The notes beneath the pieces are model-generated. The model had not been told where the DNA came from and did not search any database. It saw nothing but the letters and a program-made list of their open reading frames with translations. A stretch of DNA of 64,000 nucleotides from Eledone cirrhosa (lineage: Eukaryota): positions 13,578,001 to 13,642,000 of the forward strand of contig OZ024751.1 of the NCBI GenBank assembly GCA_964016885.1, given 5' to 3'. Both the position numbers and the translations under genes were made by a program. Position 1 is the stretch's first letter. Every line of letters begins with the position of its first letter. Below are positions 46,105 through 59,539 of this stretch, one piece after another.

Positions 46105-47730
46105 GGGCGGTGATGGTGGTGATGATGATGTTAGTTGTGGTGGTGATGATGTTAGTTGTGGCGGTGGTGGTGGTGATGATGGTGGTGGTGGTGGTGATGT
46201 TAGTTGTGGTGGTGATGGTGGTGATGTTAGTTGTGATGGTGGTGATGATGATGTTAGTTGTGGTGATGGTGGTGATGATGTTAGTTGTGGTGATGGTGGT
46301 GATGATGTTAGTTGTGGTGGTGATGATGTTAGTTGTGGTGGTGATGTTAGTTGTGGTGGTGATGGTGGTGATGATGATGTTAGTTGTGGTGGTGGTGGTC
46401 GTGATGATGTTAGTTGTGGTGGTGGTGGTGATGATGTTAGTTGTGGTGATGGTGGTGATGATGTTAGTTGTGGTGATGGTGGTGATGATGTTAGTTGTGG
46501 TGATGGTGGTGATGATGTTAGTTGTGGTGGTGATGATGTTAGTTGTGGTGGTGATGTTAGTTGTGGTGGTGATGGTGGTGATGATGATGTTAGTTGTGGT
46601 GGTGGTGGTCGTGATGATGTTAGTTGTGGTGGTGGTGATGATGATGCTAGTTGCGGTTGTGGTGGTGATGTTAGTTGTGGTGGTGGTGGTGGTGATGTTA
46701 GTTGTGGTGGTGATGCGAGTTGCGGTGGTGGTGATGTTAGTTGCGGTGGTGGTGGTGGTGATGTTAGTTGCGGTGGTGGTGGTGATGATGTTAGTTGTGG
46801 TGGTGGTGGTAGTGGTGGTGGTGGTGGTGATGTTAGTTGCGGTGGTGGTGGTGATGATGTTAGTTGTGGTGGTGGTGGTAGTGGTGGTGGTGGTGGTGGT
46901 GATGTTAGTTGCGGTGGTGGTGGTGATGATGTTAGTTGTGGTGGTAGTGGTGGTGGTGGTGGTGATGTTAGCTGCGGTGGTGGTGGTAGTGGTGGTGGTG
47001 GTGGTGGTGATGTTAGCTGCGGTGGTGGTGGTGGTGATGTTAGCTGCGGTGGTGGTGGTGATGTTAGCTGCGGTGGTGGGGGATGTTAGTTGCGGTGGTG
47101 ATGTTAGTTGCGGTGGTGGTGGTGGTGATGTTAGTTGCGGTGGTGGTGGTGGTGGTGGTGGTGATGTTAGTTGCGGTGGTGGTGGTGGTGATGTTAGTTG
47201 TGGTGATGGTGATGTTAGTTGCGGTGGTGGTGGTGGTGGTGATGTTAGTTGCGGTGGTGGTGGTGGTGATGTTAGTTGTGGTGATGGTGATGTTAGTTGC
47301 GGTGGTGGTGATGTTAGTTGCGGTGGTGGTGGTGTTGTTAGTTGCGGTGATGTTAGTTGTGGTGGTGGTGGTGGTGATGAGAATGGTGTGAATGTGTGGT
47401 AAGCTGAGAACGGTGTCAGTGAAACGATGATGGTGATTATGGTAGTGGCGGGGAAAATGGTGATGAGGAGGATGGTGGCGGTAGGGATGGTGGTGGTGAG
47501 GAGGAGGATGGTGGTGCGGATGGTGTTGGTGAGGATGGTGGTGGTGAAGATGCGGAGGATGTTGGTGAGAAAGATGCGGAGGATGGTGGTGCCTATGATG
47601 ATGATGATGATAAAAAGATGTTTGAGGTGTTGATGATGATGGTGATTGAGTTGTTGATGATGATGATGATGATGGTGGCTGTGATGATGTGTGGTGTTGA
47701 TGATGAAGATGGTGATAAAGATGATGAATG
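46105..47730. repeat. Trinucleotide-based (GGT/GAT)n-GTTAGTTG(T/C) array
   Basis: Seen directly. It explains the stop-free T/P-rich and V/M-rich ORFs. Confidence 0.9.
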
Positions 47731-48189
47731 TGGTGCTGAGAATGGTGGTTGGGTAGAGGAGATAATTAATGAGGGTGGGGGAGATATAATTAATGAGGGT
47801 GGGTGTGATGACTGATGATGAGTGTGGTATAGATAAGCCCGATAGGGGTATAGCAGGGATCACTTCCAAAATAAGGTTTAAATCAAACAACTCAACAAGG
47901 GCGAGAATTAACAGAGTCGTTAGAACGTCAGATAAAATACCTTGTGGTATTCGTTCCGGTTCTCTGCGTTCTGGGTTCAAATCCCACCTTGGTAAAGTTT
48001 ATTTTACATCGTTTAGGGGTTGATGATTAAAGTAACTTGCCTTACAACATTTTGAGGTCGATAAAAACAAAATGTACCCACCAATACTGGGGGAGATTTT
48101 TGCTCTATCTCTCTCACACACACTCTCTCTAGAAGAAATCAGTTGGAGAGGGATGGGCTCTATTGGGTTTTAAATGCCCAAGACACACC

Positions 48190-48455
48190 GTATGTCACTA
48201 TGGCGCCCCCTACAATTGTTAGGCCGATGCTTTCCCCGATTTCCTGGCGTGAAGCGATTGAATGTACAAAACTCCCCCTGGACAGAACGTCAGTCTACTG
48301 CAGGGTTAAACCCACAGCTATTGCTGGTACACATTTTAAGCAACATGAAAATGAAGTGTTTTGTTCAAAAACACAACATGCAGCCCAGCCCAGCAATCGA
48401 ACCCACGACATTAAGATCGTATGTTCAGCACCCTGACCACTAGACCACGTGCCTT
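48190..48455 (-). mobile_element. SINE family B-like copy
   Basis: Minus strand reads GAAGGCACGTGGTCTAGTGGTCAGGGTG..GTGGGTTCGATTGC tRNA-like head and core. Confidence 0.7.
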
Positions 48456-48772
48456 CACATTACAGGTCCATACTTACAAATAAATTATCAGTCCACAATC
48501 AGTGGATGGGTGGAATTGTTAGAACATCTGACAAGGTACCTTGCGGTATCTATTTCCGCTCCTTATATTCTGCATTCCTATTCTCTCCCTTAGTGGAGAT
48601 CCTATCAATTGAACGTTTAATGTCTGATATTGAGTCCTATGTCAAAACGAGAGACTGTCGATGAGACACCAATGAATTTACAATTGCTAACAGGGTACAC
48701 ATTCATAAGATCCCTATCCAGGGCCAGATTTAAGCAGCTAGGGACTCTCAGGATCTGTTCGCATTATATTTA

Positions 48773-48962
48773 AGGGCGGTGGATTGGCAGTATCGGTAGA
48801 GGGTCGGACGCCATGCTTTCCAGCATAGTTACGTCCCTTTAAGATCTGAGTTCAAATCCCGCCGAGGTTGACTTTGCCTTTCATCTTTACGGGGTCGATA
48901 AAATAAAGTACCAGTAATGCACTGGGTAATTGCTGGCCTTGTGCCTAAAGTAGAAACAATTA
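48773..48962 (+). mobile_element. SINE family A, full-length and near consensus
   Basis: Matches consensus. attatatttaa occurs on both sides (probable TSD). Confidence 0.92.
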
Positions 48963-49689
48963 TATTTAATGGGAATTAAAAGTACAAGAAATCACACCTT
49001 CACATAAATTTTAACATCGATCTATGCCGATTTCTAAAACAGAGGTGATACCCAAACACAGAGCCGGATTAAAGCAACTGAAGACCCTGGACTAATGAAA
49101 ATTTGACCACCCATCACCACCACAACCAGCCATCTGCTTGCAATAAACATAATTGTTTCTACTTTTTTTTTTTTTTTCGCAATAAACAATGAAAATTAAA
49201 AGTAGATACAAATAACACTATATATAGAATGATGCTGAGATTCTATAATAGAGGCGACACCCAAAGAAATTAAATGTATTTTTTAACAATAATAATATTC
49301 TAAATTTTCACAAAAATGTATTTCTTAGTGATATTTTAAAATAAATTTTAATATGTAATTTAAAACGGAACGGGTGCTTCTCGCACTACGAAGCTGTTAA
49401 CTACAGTCCACACCCGGTTCTTCTCCTCAGCATCCGTTAAAAATGAGGTAACGTCCCATGGACTGCAAGGTAGTGGGCTACAGTCCACTTAGGCTATATG
49501 TAAATCCGATTCTTTCCCTCAGCATGTTTAACCCGACCATATCCGGCCAGAATTCTCTCGCCTCTTTCTGTTGAAACGGACATAACTGGCTGCTCATACT
49601 TATGTTAAAGTAAATATGTCAAAATAAATAATATTAAAATCTCGTAGATTTAATATTATGTGAGGTAATTATGTGAAATAAAGTGTTTA

Positions 49690-50451
49690 CTTAGGCTATA
49701 TGTAAATGCGGTTCCTCCCTTCAGCAACCGTTTAAAAGGGGATAAGAACCCCTTGGACTACAAGACAGTGGGCTACAGACCACTTAGGCTATATGTAAAT
49801 GCGGTTCCCCCCTTCAGCAACCGTTTAAAAGGGGATAAGAACCCCTTGGACTACAAGACAGTGGGCTACAGACCACTTAGGCTATATGTAAATGCGGTTC
49901 CTCCCTTCAGCAACCGTTTAAAAGGGGATAAGAACCCCTTGGACTACAAGACAGTGGGCTACAGACCACTTAGGCTATATGTAAATGCGGTTCCCCCCTT
50001 CAGCAACCGTTTAAAAGGGGATAAGAACCCCTTGGACTACAAGATAGTGGGCTACAGACCACTTAGGCTATATGTAAATGCGGTTCCCCCCTTCAGCAAC
50101 CGTTTAAAAGGGGATAAGAACCCCTTGGACTACAAGACAGTGGGCTACAGACCACTTAGGCTATATGTAAATGCGGTTCCTCCCTTCAGCAACCGTTTAA
50201 AAGGGGATAAGAACCCCTTGGACTACAAGACAGTGGGCTACAGACCACTTAGGCTATATGTAAATGCGGTTCCTCCCTTCAGCAACCGTTTAAAAGGGGA
50301 TAAGAACCCCTTGGACTACAAGACAGTGGGCTACAGACCACTTAGGCTATATGTAAATGCGGATCCCCACTTCAGCAACCGTTTAAAAGGGGATAAGAAC
50401 CCCTTGGACTACAAGACAGTGGGCTACAGACCACTTAGGCTATATGTAAAT
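49690..50451. repeat. 93-bp minisatellite, 8 units + 18 bp, highly homogeneous
   Basis: Unit cttaggctatatgtaaatgcggttcctcccttcagcaaccgtttaaaaggggataagaaccccttggactacaagacagtgggctacagacca. A diverged copy lies at about 49400-49525. Confidence 0.95.
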
Positions 50452-50981
50452 CCGGCACTTCTTAGCATCCGGAGGGTGCGGCAGGTTTTAATTTTTTTTT
50501 TTTTTCAACCGGAAGAATCTTGAGGAAAATTTCCTGATATTTCCATTTCTGAGAATATATTCATTGAAATAAGAGAATGGTAGATATTAAAATATCAGAT
50601 TGGTGTGAGAGGGGTGTGAGAGGGGTGGGAGAAGGGTGGGAGAAGGGTGGGAGAAGGGGTATATTTATTTTAACATAAAAAACAGAATTAATATACTCAC
50701 ACATATAAATATACACAAACAATACCCATACACATATACCATCATATATATATGTATGTGTATATATATGCATATACCATCATATATGTGTGTGTATGTA
50801 TGTGTATGTGTATATATATATATATATACATACATACACATACACCATCAAATATATGTGTGTTTGTGTGTATGTATTCATGTGTGTATATATATCCATA
50901 TATATATGTGTATGTGTGTGTGTATTTTTATATATCCGAATAGATAAATATGAACGCACAGATACTCACACACATATATAC

Positions 50982-51061
<80 letters not shown>

Positions 51062-51827
51062 TTTAAAAAAAAAATATATATATATATATATACATACATA
51101 CATACATACATACACGCAGTAGCACATATATTTTCAGTATAACTTTACCGAGTGCACAGACCTATCAAATTGGGTGTGTCTGTTTAATTCATCTCGTTCT
51201 GCACATTTTTTGTCTTGAGATGGCTACCGAGATATTCCCCCCAAATACTCACAACCCCTCATTTATTGCTGTCAAATTCAAAACAGCTGCCCTAATTTTA
51301 ACACGGAGAGAAAGGGGGTTGAAGAGGAGAGAGAAAGGGGGTTAAGAGGAGAGAGAAGGGGCAGATAACCCCCCCCCCCCAACTCCTCTCATATATATAT
51401 TTACATATGTGCCATTAAGGTAAATATTACGAAGCATCTTCACTGATACTCTGTGTTAGTTAAGTTCGTGGCTGTTTAAAGCCCTACATTTTAATCCAAT
51501 AACATTTCAAATTAATAATTGTTTCTACTTTAGGCACAAGGCCAGCAAATACACCAGTTCATTACCGGTACTTTATTTTGTCGATCCTGTAAAGATCAAA
51601 GCTAACTTTGGCGGGATTCGAACTCAGAACGTAAAGGGACATAACTATGCCGCAAAACGTTCTCCGATGTTCTACCAATTACAGTCAATGCTTTAATAAT
51701 AATAAAAACTGTGTCTCTCCCATCTACTCCTGAAAATGTGGAGGGTATTTGCCTTCACATTAGAGAAATATGGAGGGTATTTGCCTTCACATTAGAGAAA
51801 TATGGAGGGTATTTGCCTTCACATTAG

Positions 51828-51941
51828 AGAAATATTCCGAAATATTTCTTCAATTCCATGAAAACCTCTTTGAGAAATATTGGTAACATGAAGTCACCAT
51901 GGAACAACATGTCAGAAGATGTCAGATCAGATGCTAAATTG
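51828..51941 (+). CDS. Candidate exon (RNIPKYFFNSMKTSLRNIGNMKSPWNNMSEDVRSDAKL)
   Basis: tttgccttcacattag acceptor and consensus TTG|gtaagt donor. 114 nt, only one frame open, phase 0-0. Confidence 0.45.
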
Positions 51942-52014
51942 GTAAGTCTAGAAAAATCTTTCATGTCCACGATGACATTTATGTCTTATTCTTTTTTTGT
52001 ATATTTACGTTTAT

Positions 52015-52390
52015 TGGGGTCGATAAAATAAAGTACCAGTAATACACTGGGATAATTGCTGGCCTTGTGCCAAAAGTAGAAACAATTATTTGTTTAAGCA
52101 TAGTTACGTCCCTTTACGATCCGAGTTCAAATCCCGCCGCGGTTGACTTTGCCTTTCATCCTTACGGGGTCGATAAAATAAAGTACCATTAATGAACTGG
52201 GTTATTGCTGGCCTTGTGCCTAAAGTAGAAACAATTATTTGTTTAGTCTGCGAATCGGCAGAGTCATTAGAACTTCGCAAAGAATACTTTACGGTATTTG
52301 TTTCGGCTCTCTGCCTTCTGAGATCAACTTTGACTTTCATCCACTTTCGAGGTCGATACAAATGTACCAGTCTCGTACTGGAGTCGATTC
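52015..52390 (+). mobile_element. Three SINE family A fragments or copies
   Basis: Consensus motifs. Confidence 0.85.
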
Positions 52391-52891
52391 TTTTCCTATA
52401 TATCTTTTTCACTTCCTTCTTCTCTTCCTCACTTCCTATCCTTCTCTGAAAGAAATCTCAGGTCAACTTTCACTTACATCCTCTTTCGAGTTCGATAAAA
52501 AAAAAAAAATACCAGTCTAGCACTGGGTCGAACCCCCCCCCCCCCTTACTTCTCTCTCTCTCTCTCCTCAGAAATCAGCTACGATCAAGCCTGGAAAGTG
52601 ATAGGCTCCGCCGGCGTGCTCAAAACCCCACCAGAAAATACAGGTTGATGTATATAAATTCTGTTTAGTATTTCTTATTAAGACTAATCAACACATATTA
52701 TAGAAGTTTATGTTAACAGTTTGACTTAACTCCGCATTTCCTGCGGTTTCTAGACGAAATCACCTCCAAACCATTATATGCATCTGAGAAACGTAAAACG
52801 AGATAGAGTTTGGGGCCCACCCACATATACATATGGATGGGTGAGGGGGGTAACGTACACAATACCTAGGCATTGTGCTTCCTTTTCATTG

Positions 52892-52976
<85 letters not shown>

Positions 52977-53194
52977 GTTTTTGAAACACAAAAATAAGAT
53001 GGTGTAGGACAGAACAAAGGAGAGACACAAAATAAAAACCTAGTCACTGAGGAGGTCACAGAATGGGTGACGAAAGAGCTTTGACAATACATAAACCTTC
53101 CGGTTATCGAACCAACGAACCAACCGGAAATTTATAATATATTGAAGTGAAAGCTAACAAGTGCATGTGTTTTTATTGTTAGCATGACCCTCCC

Positions 53195-53224
<30 letters not shown>

Positions 53225-53226
<2 letters not shown>

Positions 53227-53302
53227 GTGTGTCAACAAAAAATGTATACACATTTTGATTAGAATGTAGTTGAAGAGTGTATATATTTTTGGTGGACACC
53301 TG
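53225..53302. mobile_element. 78-bp Tc1/mariner-type mini-MITE
   Basis: Imperfect TIRs cagtgtgtcaacaaaaaatgtatacac / gtgtatatatttttggtggacacctg, followed by TA. Confidence 0.6.
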
Positions 53303-53371
53303 TATACATACAGTGACAATTATATATATATATATAATTAGTGACAATTATATATATATAGAGAGAGAGAG

Positions 53372-53545
53372 AGAAGTGGTAACACAACAGTTATTTCACC
53401 ATAACTCGTAAAGGAGATGAAGATCCGCTAGGATGAAACAATTGTTCTCGTTATGGTGAAATAACTGTTGTGTTACTACTTCTACCTAACTCGTCCCATG
53501 GACTGAGTGCTCTACCACTACGGATATTACCTTCCAGTGTTCTAC
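53372..53545 (+). mobile_element. Fold-back cassette with a variant hammerhead core
   Basis: 34-bp arms 53372-53405/53450-53483 enclose gag-ATGAAGA-tcc gcta gga t-GAAA-caattg-TT-ctc. Tail ACTGAGTGCTCT. Confidence 0.6.
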
Positions 53546-53640
53546 CTCTCTCTCTCACTCTCTCTCTCTAAAGAGAGACTCTGAAACCATCAACACCAAA
53601 AAAACAAAAACACAGAGCTGACATATCTAAAAACTGACTA

Positions 53641-53696
53641 ACTGCCTGATGAGGTCATAGCCATTCAATGGCTATCATCGAAATATATATAGTAGT
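53641..53696 (+). ncRNA. Minimal type I hammerhead ribozyme motif
   Basis: actgc-CTGATGA-ggtcatagcca ttcaa tggctatcatc-GAAA-tatata-TA-gtagt, followed by AATAAA, TGAGTTC and (TA)n. Confidence 0.8.
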
Positions 53697-53737
53697 AAAT
53701 AAAGGATTATGAGTTCATGCAAGTGATTTATGTTTTG

Positions 53738-53797
<60 letters not shown>

Positions 53798-54074
53798 CGA
53801 AACAATATATAAATATATATAATATATAGAAATTGAGAGCTAGCTAATAGTAAAAGCTTTAAATATTGAAGTGCCTCGTGTTTATTTTCGGATAAGTTTA
53901 AAGGCAGGGATTAGAATAAAACCACATTTGTATGCCACACCTCGCCCGCCCTCGTTGTTGTTTTGTTGTTGTTGTTGTTGTTGTTGTCATTATTATTATT
54001 ATTATTATTAGTGCGAGGTTCAAACCGCTTTCAAAATATATATAACCTCACTGAACCAGTTGTGTACGTACTAG

Positions 54075-54248
54075 TATGTATGTATGTATGTATGTATGTA
54101 TGTATGTATGTATGTATGTATGTATGTATGTATGTATGTATGTATGTATGTACGCATGCATCCATTTATGTATAACTATATATGTGTGTATGTATGTATG
54201 TATGTATGTATGTATGTATGTATATTGATGTATGTAATCTCTATATGC

Positions 54249-54313
<65 letters not shown>

Positions 54314-55101
54314 AATGTGTGTGTCAATGTGTGTGTCAATGTGTGTGTCAATGTGTGTGTCAATGTGTGTGTCAATGTGTGTGTCAATGTGTGTGTCAAT
54401 GTGTGTGTCAATGTGTGTGTCAATGTGTGTGTCAATGTGTGTGTCAATGTGTGTCAGAGTGTGTGTCAATGTGTGTCAGAGTGTGTGACAGTGTGTGTGA
54501 CAGTGTGTGTGTCAGTGTGTGTGTGTCAGTGTGTGCGTCAGTGTGTGTGTGTCAGAGTGGTGTGTCAGAGTGGTGTGTCAGAGTGGTGTGTCAGAGTGTG
54601 TGTCAGAGTGTGTGTCAGAGTGTGTGTCAGAGTGTGTGTCAGAGTGTGTGTCAGTGTGTGTGTCAGAGTGTGTGTGTGTCAGTGTGTGTGTGTCAGTGTG
54701 TGTGTGTCAGTGTGTGTGTGTCAGTGTGTGTGTCAGTGTGTGTGTCAGTGTGTGTGTCAGTGTGTGTGTGTCAGAGTGTGTGTGTGTCAGAGTGTGTGTG
54801 TGTATGCATGTTGTGTGGGCTGTGCAGTGTACTTCTGTGTCACCTTTCACCATTACTACACCACCGCCGCCATCATCTACACCCCACCATTACTACACCA
54901 CCGCCGCCATCATCTACACCCCACCATCACCACCATCTCACCATCATTATCATCATCACCGTCACCATCAATGTGACTGTATGTTTAAACGACGTCTGTC
55001 CACAAAAGTCGGTAAGCCAACAGCTATTACAGAGTCATATGGAAATACTTACACATTCTCCCTCATGGTTCACCTACATACACACATACATACATTATAA
55101 A

Positions 55102-55164
<63 letters not shown>

Positions 55165-55345
55165 ACACATGCGCATACATATTTATATATATAGACATAT
55201 ATACATACATATATATGTATGTATGTGTATGTATGTATATATATATATATATGTATATTTATATGTATGTATATATATATGTATATATATGTATGTATAT
55301 ATGAGTATATATATATATATGTATGTATATATGAGTATATATGAG

Positions 55346-55377
<32 letters not shown>

Positions 55378-55630
55378 TGTATGTATATATGAGTATATAT
55401 ATATATATATATATGTATGTATATATGAGTATATATATATATATATGTATGTATATATGAGTATAATATATATATATATATATATTTTTTTTAAATATAT
55501 ACACATACATACATATATATACATATATATAAATACATATCTATACATACATATACATACACGCATATATATAAATATATATATATATATATATGCATAT
55601 ACATACATACATACATACATACATACATAC
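54075..55630. repeat. (TATG)n, (GT)n-CAAT/CAGT/CAGA and (TA)n arrays
   Basis: Seen directly. Confidence 0.9.
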
Positions 55631-56206
55631 ATGGTGGCTGCCAACTCGTTTTCGAGTACGGCCACTACTTTATATCCATGTAGGAGAACCCCTACTGATG
55701 CGCTGAACGAGTGTGACTTTTTAGTCCAGCCAGCGACTTGAAAACTCTGGTACAAACACTACACTTGTGACAATTATTGACACATAGTGCTGGGCCCATG
55801 GTACCATGTGACGACAAATGCAGAGAGATCTCCAGATATAAAGCAATGCCTGTGCCGTGAAGCTTTTATAGTGAGCAAAGGCACTGCACAAAGCCAGTCC
55901 CACTCTCTTAACCAAGATGATATTTACCAAAAAGAAGAACAAGTCAACATCATTGGATACCATCAGGGTTGCAGGTGTTATATCAGAGTTTTCCTTCTCC
56001 TAGAATTCTGCCTTGACAAAGGCTAAGGGGTCATCTCTCCCAATATATACATACATACATACATACATACATACATACATACATACATACATACGCATAT
56101 ACACACGCAACACGCATACATATATAGATGCTTTGTTGCTCTTACTTTCAACCAAAAGGAAGTAACAGCTGAAAGAATCAAACTAACGCGCACGTACACA
56201 CACACA

Positions 56207-56244
<38 letters not shown>

Positions 56245-56259
56245 TCTGTATGGACAGTG

Positions 56260-56329
<70 letters not shown>

Positions 56330-56499
56330 TAGGAAGTACCGTTTAGTCAGGGAGAGAGAGACAGTCCCTATCACCCTTCTTTCCAGGGTCTCGGAGCCTG
56401 GTTGGAGGAATGAAGGAATTCATACTAAATGCTAACAACAGAATACCCTCCGTAAAAGCACCCAGCGTCTAGTGTTAAGCAGATGAGTTATAAATCTTT

Positions 56500-57337
56500 C
56501 TCATCTCTTGGATAGGACCCCTCTGTTCTGTCACACAGTAACTCTTGTATGAATCTACCAACTCTGTCGCAAACTAACTAAAGTTGAGACTCCCAGTCCT
56601 GTCATGCGTTAAACTCTTGTACAGGATCCCAGTCCTGTCAAATGATAACTCTTGAATAGGTCACCAATTCTTGTCACGGGGTAACTCTTGTATAGTACAC
56701 ACCCCTCCCTCCCCGTTCTGTCATACAGTAACTCTTGGATAGGACCCCCAGGCCTGACACAAAGTACCTCTTGAATAAGTCTCCCAGTTCTGTCACATGG
56801 TAACTGTTTACAGCACCCCTCCATGTTCTGTCACGCAGCAACACTTGTATGAAACTCCCAGTTCTGTCACATGGTAACTCTTCTACAGGTATCCCCCCCC
56901 CCCCTCTTTCCTCCAGTCCTGTCACAAAATAACTCTTGTAGAAGACTCCCAGTCCTGCCACGGGGTAACATTTGGATAGGGCCTCCAGTCTTGTCCCGTT
57001 GTAACTCTTGGAGAAGTCCCCCAATCTTGTCCCGGGGTAACTCTTGGACAAGGCCCCCAGTCCTGTCCCGGGGTAACTCTTGGACAAGGCCCCCCAGTCC
57101 TGTCCCGGGGTAACTCTTGGACAAGGCCCCCAGTCCTGTCCCGGGGTAACTCTTGGACAAGGCCCCCAGTCCTGTCCCGGGGTAACTCTTGGACAAGGCC
57201 CCCAGTCCTGTCCCGGGGTAACTCTTGGACAAGGCCCCCCAGTCCTGTCCCGGGGTAACTCTTGGACAAGGCCCCCAGTCCTGTCCCGGGGTAACTCTTG
57301 GACAAGGCCCCCAGTCCTGTCCCGGGGTAACTCTTGG
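56500..57337. repeat. About 36-bp minisatellite, diverged on the left and homogeneous on the right
   Basis: Unit cccccagtcctgtcccggggtaactcttggacaagg, nearly perfect at 57030-57337. Confidence 0.92.
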
Positions 57338-57823
57338 AGTGTAGTTGAGAATTAGATAGTACTGTGGTTAGATGTAAGTGGGAATGGCAGTGTTGAGCTA
57401 CGAATTCTGTTGATTGATTTTACATCTTGAAGATCAAACGTTCTAACGACTCCGCCATTACGACGCACTAACTTCAGTGAGGATGGTTTTTGGCAGAAAC
57501 ACCTTTGATCATAAGTCTAACAGAGTGAAGCTAACCCAGCGGCTAAATAACAACAATAACAACATCCTCACCATTCTATGGGGATCTATAAGGTGCTATG
57601 GTTATTGATCGTTCTTCCTTTTCCTTCTGAAGTAAATTATCCATAAACAAATAAATAAATAGATATATAAATAAATAATAACCATTTTTTCTAATGCTAA
57701 TTATAAAACTTTCAAAACCATCATTACGAAAACAAGAAAGGAAAACACATTTAACATTCTACTATTACCACCGTCCTTGATGTTTTCTTTTATGTGAACC
57801 CTTGTGGTTAATAAAAGAGATCA

Positions 57824-58706
57824 TTTAGGCACAAGGCCAGCAATTCGAAGGGGAGTGAAAAGTTGATTAAATCGACCCCAGTGTATTACTGGTGCTTAAT
57901 TTTATCGACCCTGTAAGGATGAAAGGCAAAGTTAACCTCGAGGGATTTGAACTCAGAACGTAAAGGGCCGTCTGAGTTCAAATCCCACCGAGGTTAGCTT
58001 TGCCTTTCATCCTTACAGGGTCGATACAATTAAGCACCAGTAATACACTGGTGTCGATTTAATCAACTTTCCACTCCCCCAAAATTGCTGGCCTTGTGCC
58101 TAAATCAGAAATCATTATTATTATTGTTAACCGGTGAATTGGCAGCATCGGTAGCGCGTCAGACACCATGCTTTACAGCACATAGTTATGGCCCTTTACG
58201 TTCTGAGTTCAAATCCCGCCGAGGTTAACTTTGCCTTTCATCCTTACGGGGTCGATAAAATAAAGTACCAGTAATGTACTGGGTAATTGCTGGCCTTGTG
58301 CTAAAAAGTAGAAAATTATTATATTGTTTTGCAGCAAAGAGTTACGGCCCTTTATGGTCTGAGTTCAAATCCTGCCGAGGTTAACTTCGCCTTTCATCCT
58401 TACGAGGTCGATAAAATAAAATACCAGTAATGTACTGGTTATTTGCTGGCCTTGTGCCAAAAGTAGAAACAATTATTATTATTTTTGCTGTTATTATTCT
58501 TTATAGGTAATAGAAGGGCGGTGGATTGGCAGTATCGGTAGAGGGTCGGACGCCATGCTTTGACGCATAGAGTTACGGCCCTTGCCATTCTGAGTTCAAA
58601 TCCCAACGAGGTTAACTTTGCCTTTCATCCTTACGGGGGTCGATAACAAAGTACCAGTAATGCACTGATGTAATTGCTGGCCTTGTGCCAAATGTAGAAA
58701 CAATTA
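57824..58706. mobile_element. SINE family A cluster: inverted pair (57824-58104) plus three + copies
   Basis: Consensus motifs. Plus copies at 58131-58317, 58325-58475 and 58516-58706. Confidence 0.9.
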
Positions 58707-58904
58707 TTCTTTATAGATGCGACATTAAAAACCAACAAAACAAAATCGGAACTATGGTCAAAGACCTGTTTAATAAGATTTCCTTTTTATCTCGAATAAA
58801 AATAACAACAACAGTAAGTTACATTAGAAAGGTGGGGGGGGGGGGCATTTCATAGTTGTTTTTAATGGGGAGTGAATGAGTATATTTGGTGTTTGTTGTT
58901 GTTG

Positions 58905-58907
<3 letters not shown>

Positions 58908-58945
<38 letters not shown>

Positions 58946-59466
58946 AATGTGTGTTGTGTGTGTTGTGTGTGTGTGTCAGTGTGTGTGTGTCAGTGTGTGT
59001 GTGTCAGTGTGTGTTGTGTGTGTGTGTGTGTGTCAGTGTGTGTGTGTGTGTGTCAGTGTGTGTTGTGTGTGTGTCAGTGTGTGTTGTGTGTGTGTCAGTG
59101 TGTGTTGTGTGTGTGTGTCAGTGTGTGTGTCAGTGTGTGTGTGTCAGTGTGTGTGTGTCAGTGCGTGTGTGTGTCAGTGCGTGTGTGTGTCAGTGCGTGT
59201 GTGTGTCAGTGCGTGTGTGTGTCAGTGCGTGTGTGTGTCAGTGCGTGTGTGTGTCAGTGCGTGTGTGTGTCAGTGCGTGTGTGTGTCAGTGCGTGTGTAT
59301 CAGTGCGTGTCAGTGTATGTCAGTGTATGTCAGTGTATGTCAGTGTGTGTGTCAGTGTGTGTGTCAGTGTATGTATGTGTGTGTGTCAGTGTGTGTGTGT
59401 CAGTGTGTGTCAGTGTGTGTGTGTGTCAGTGTGTGTGTGTGTCAGTGTGTGTGTCAGTGTGTGTGT

Positions 59467-59539
<73 letters not shown>

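Noticed and set aside
46088-47980. 630-aa mucin-like T/P-rich ORF
   Set aside because: It starts inside a SINE remnant and is a trinucleotide-based array open on both strands, with no signal peptide or splice support.
48773-48860. tRNA genes suggested by A/B boxes
   Set aside because: These are SINE heads. They lack a complete cloverleaf and always continue into the SINE body.
49753-50523. 31-aa repeat protein
   Set aside because: Consequence of a 93-bp unit divisible by three. Non-ATG start and no recognisable domain.
52571-52644. Possible + exon EISYDQAWKVIGSAGVLKTPPENT
   Set aside because: Good acceptor, but it derives from a (CT)n tract, the donor is weak, and the phase is incompatible with the 51828-51941 candidate.
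55630-56035. Unique-looking segment with 79-80 aa ORFs
   Set aside because: No recognisable domain or convincing splice pair. It looks like an old retroelement UTR remnant but cannot be assigned.
36880-57337. CRISPR-like arrays (71, 93 and 36 bp periodicity)
   Set aside because: Units are contiguous with no unique spacers. The context is eukaryotic and there are no cas genes.
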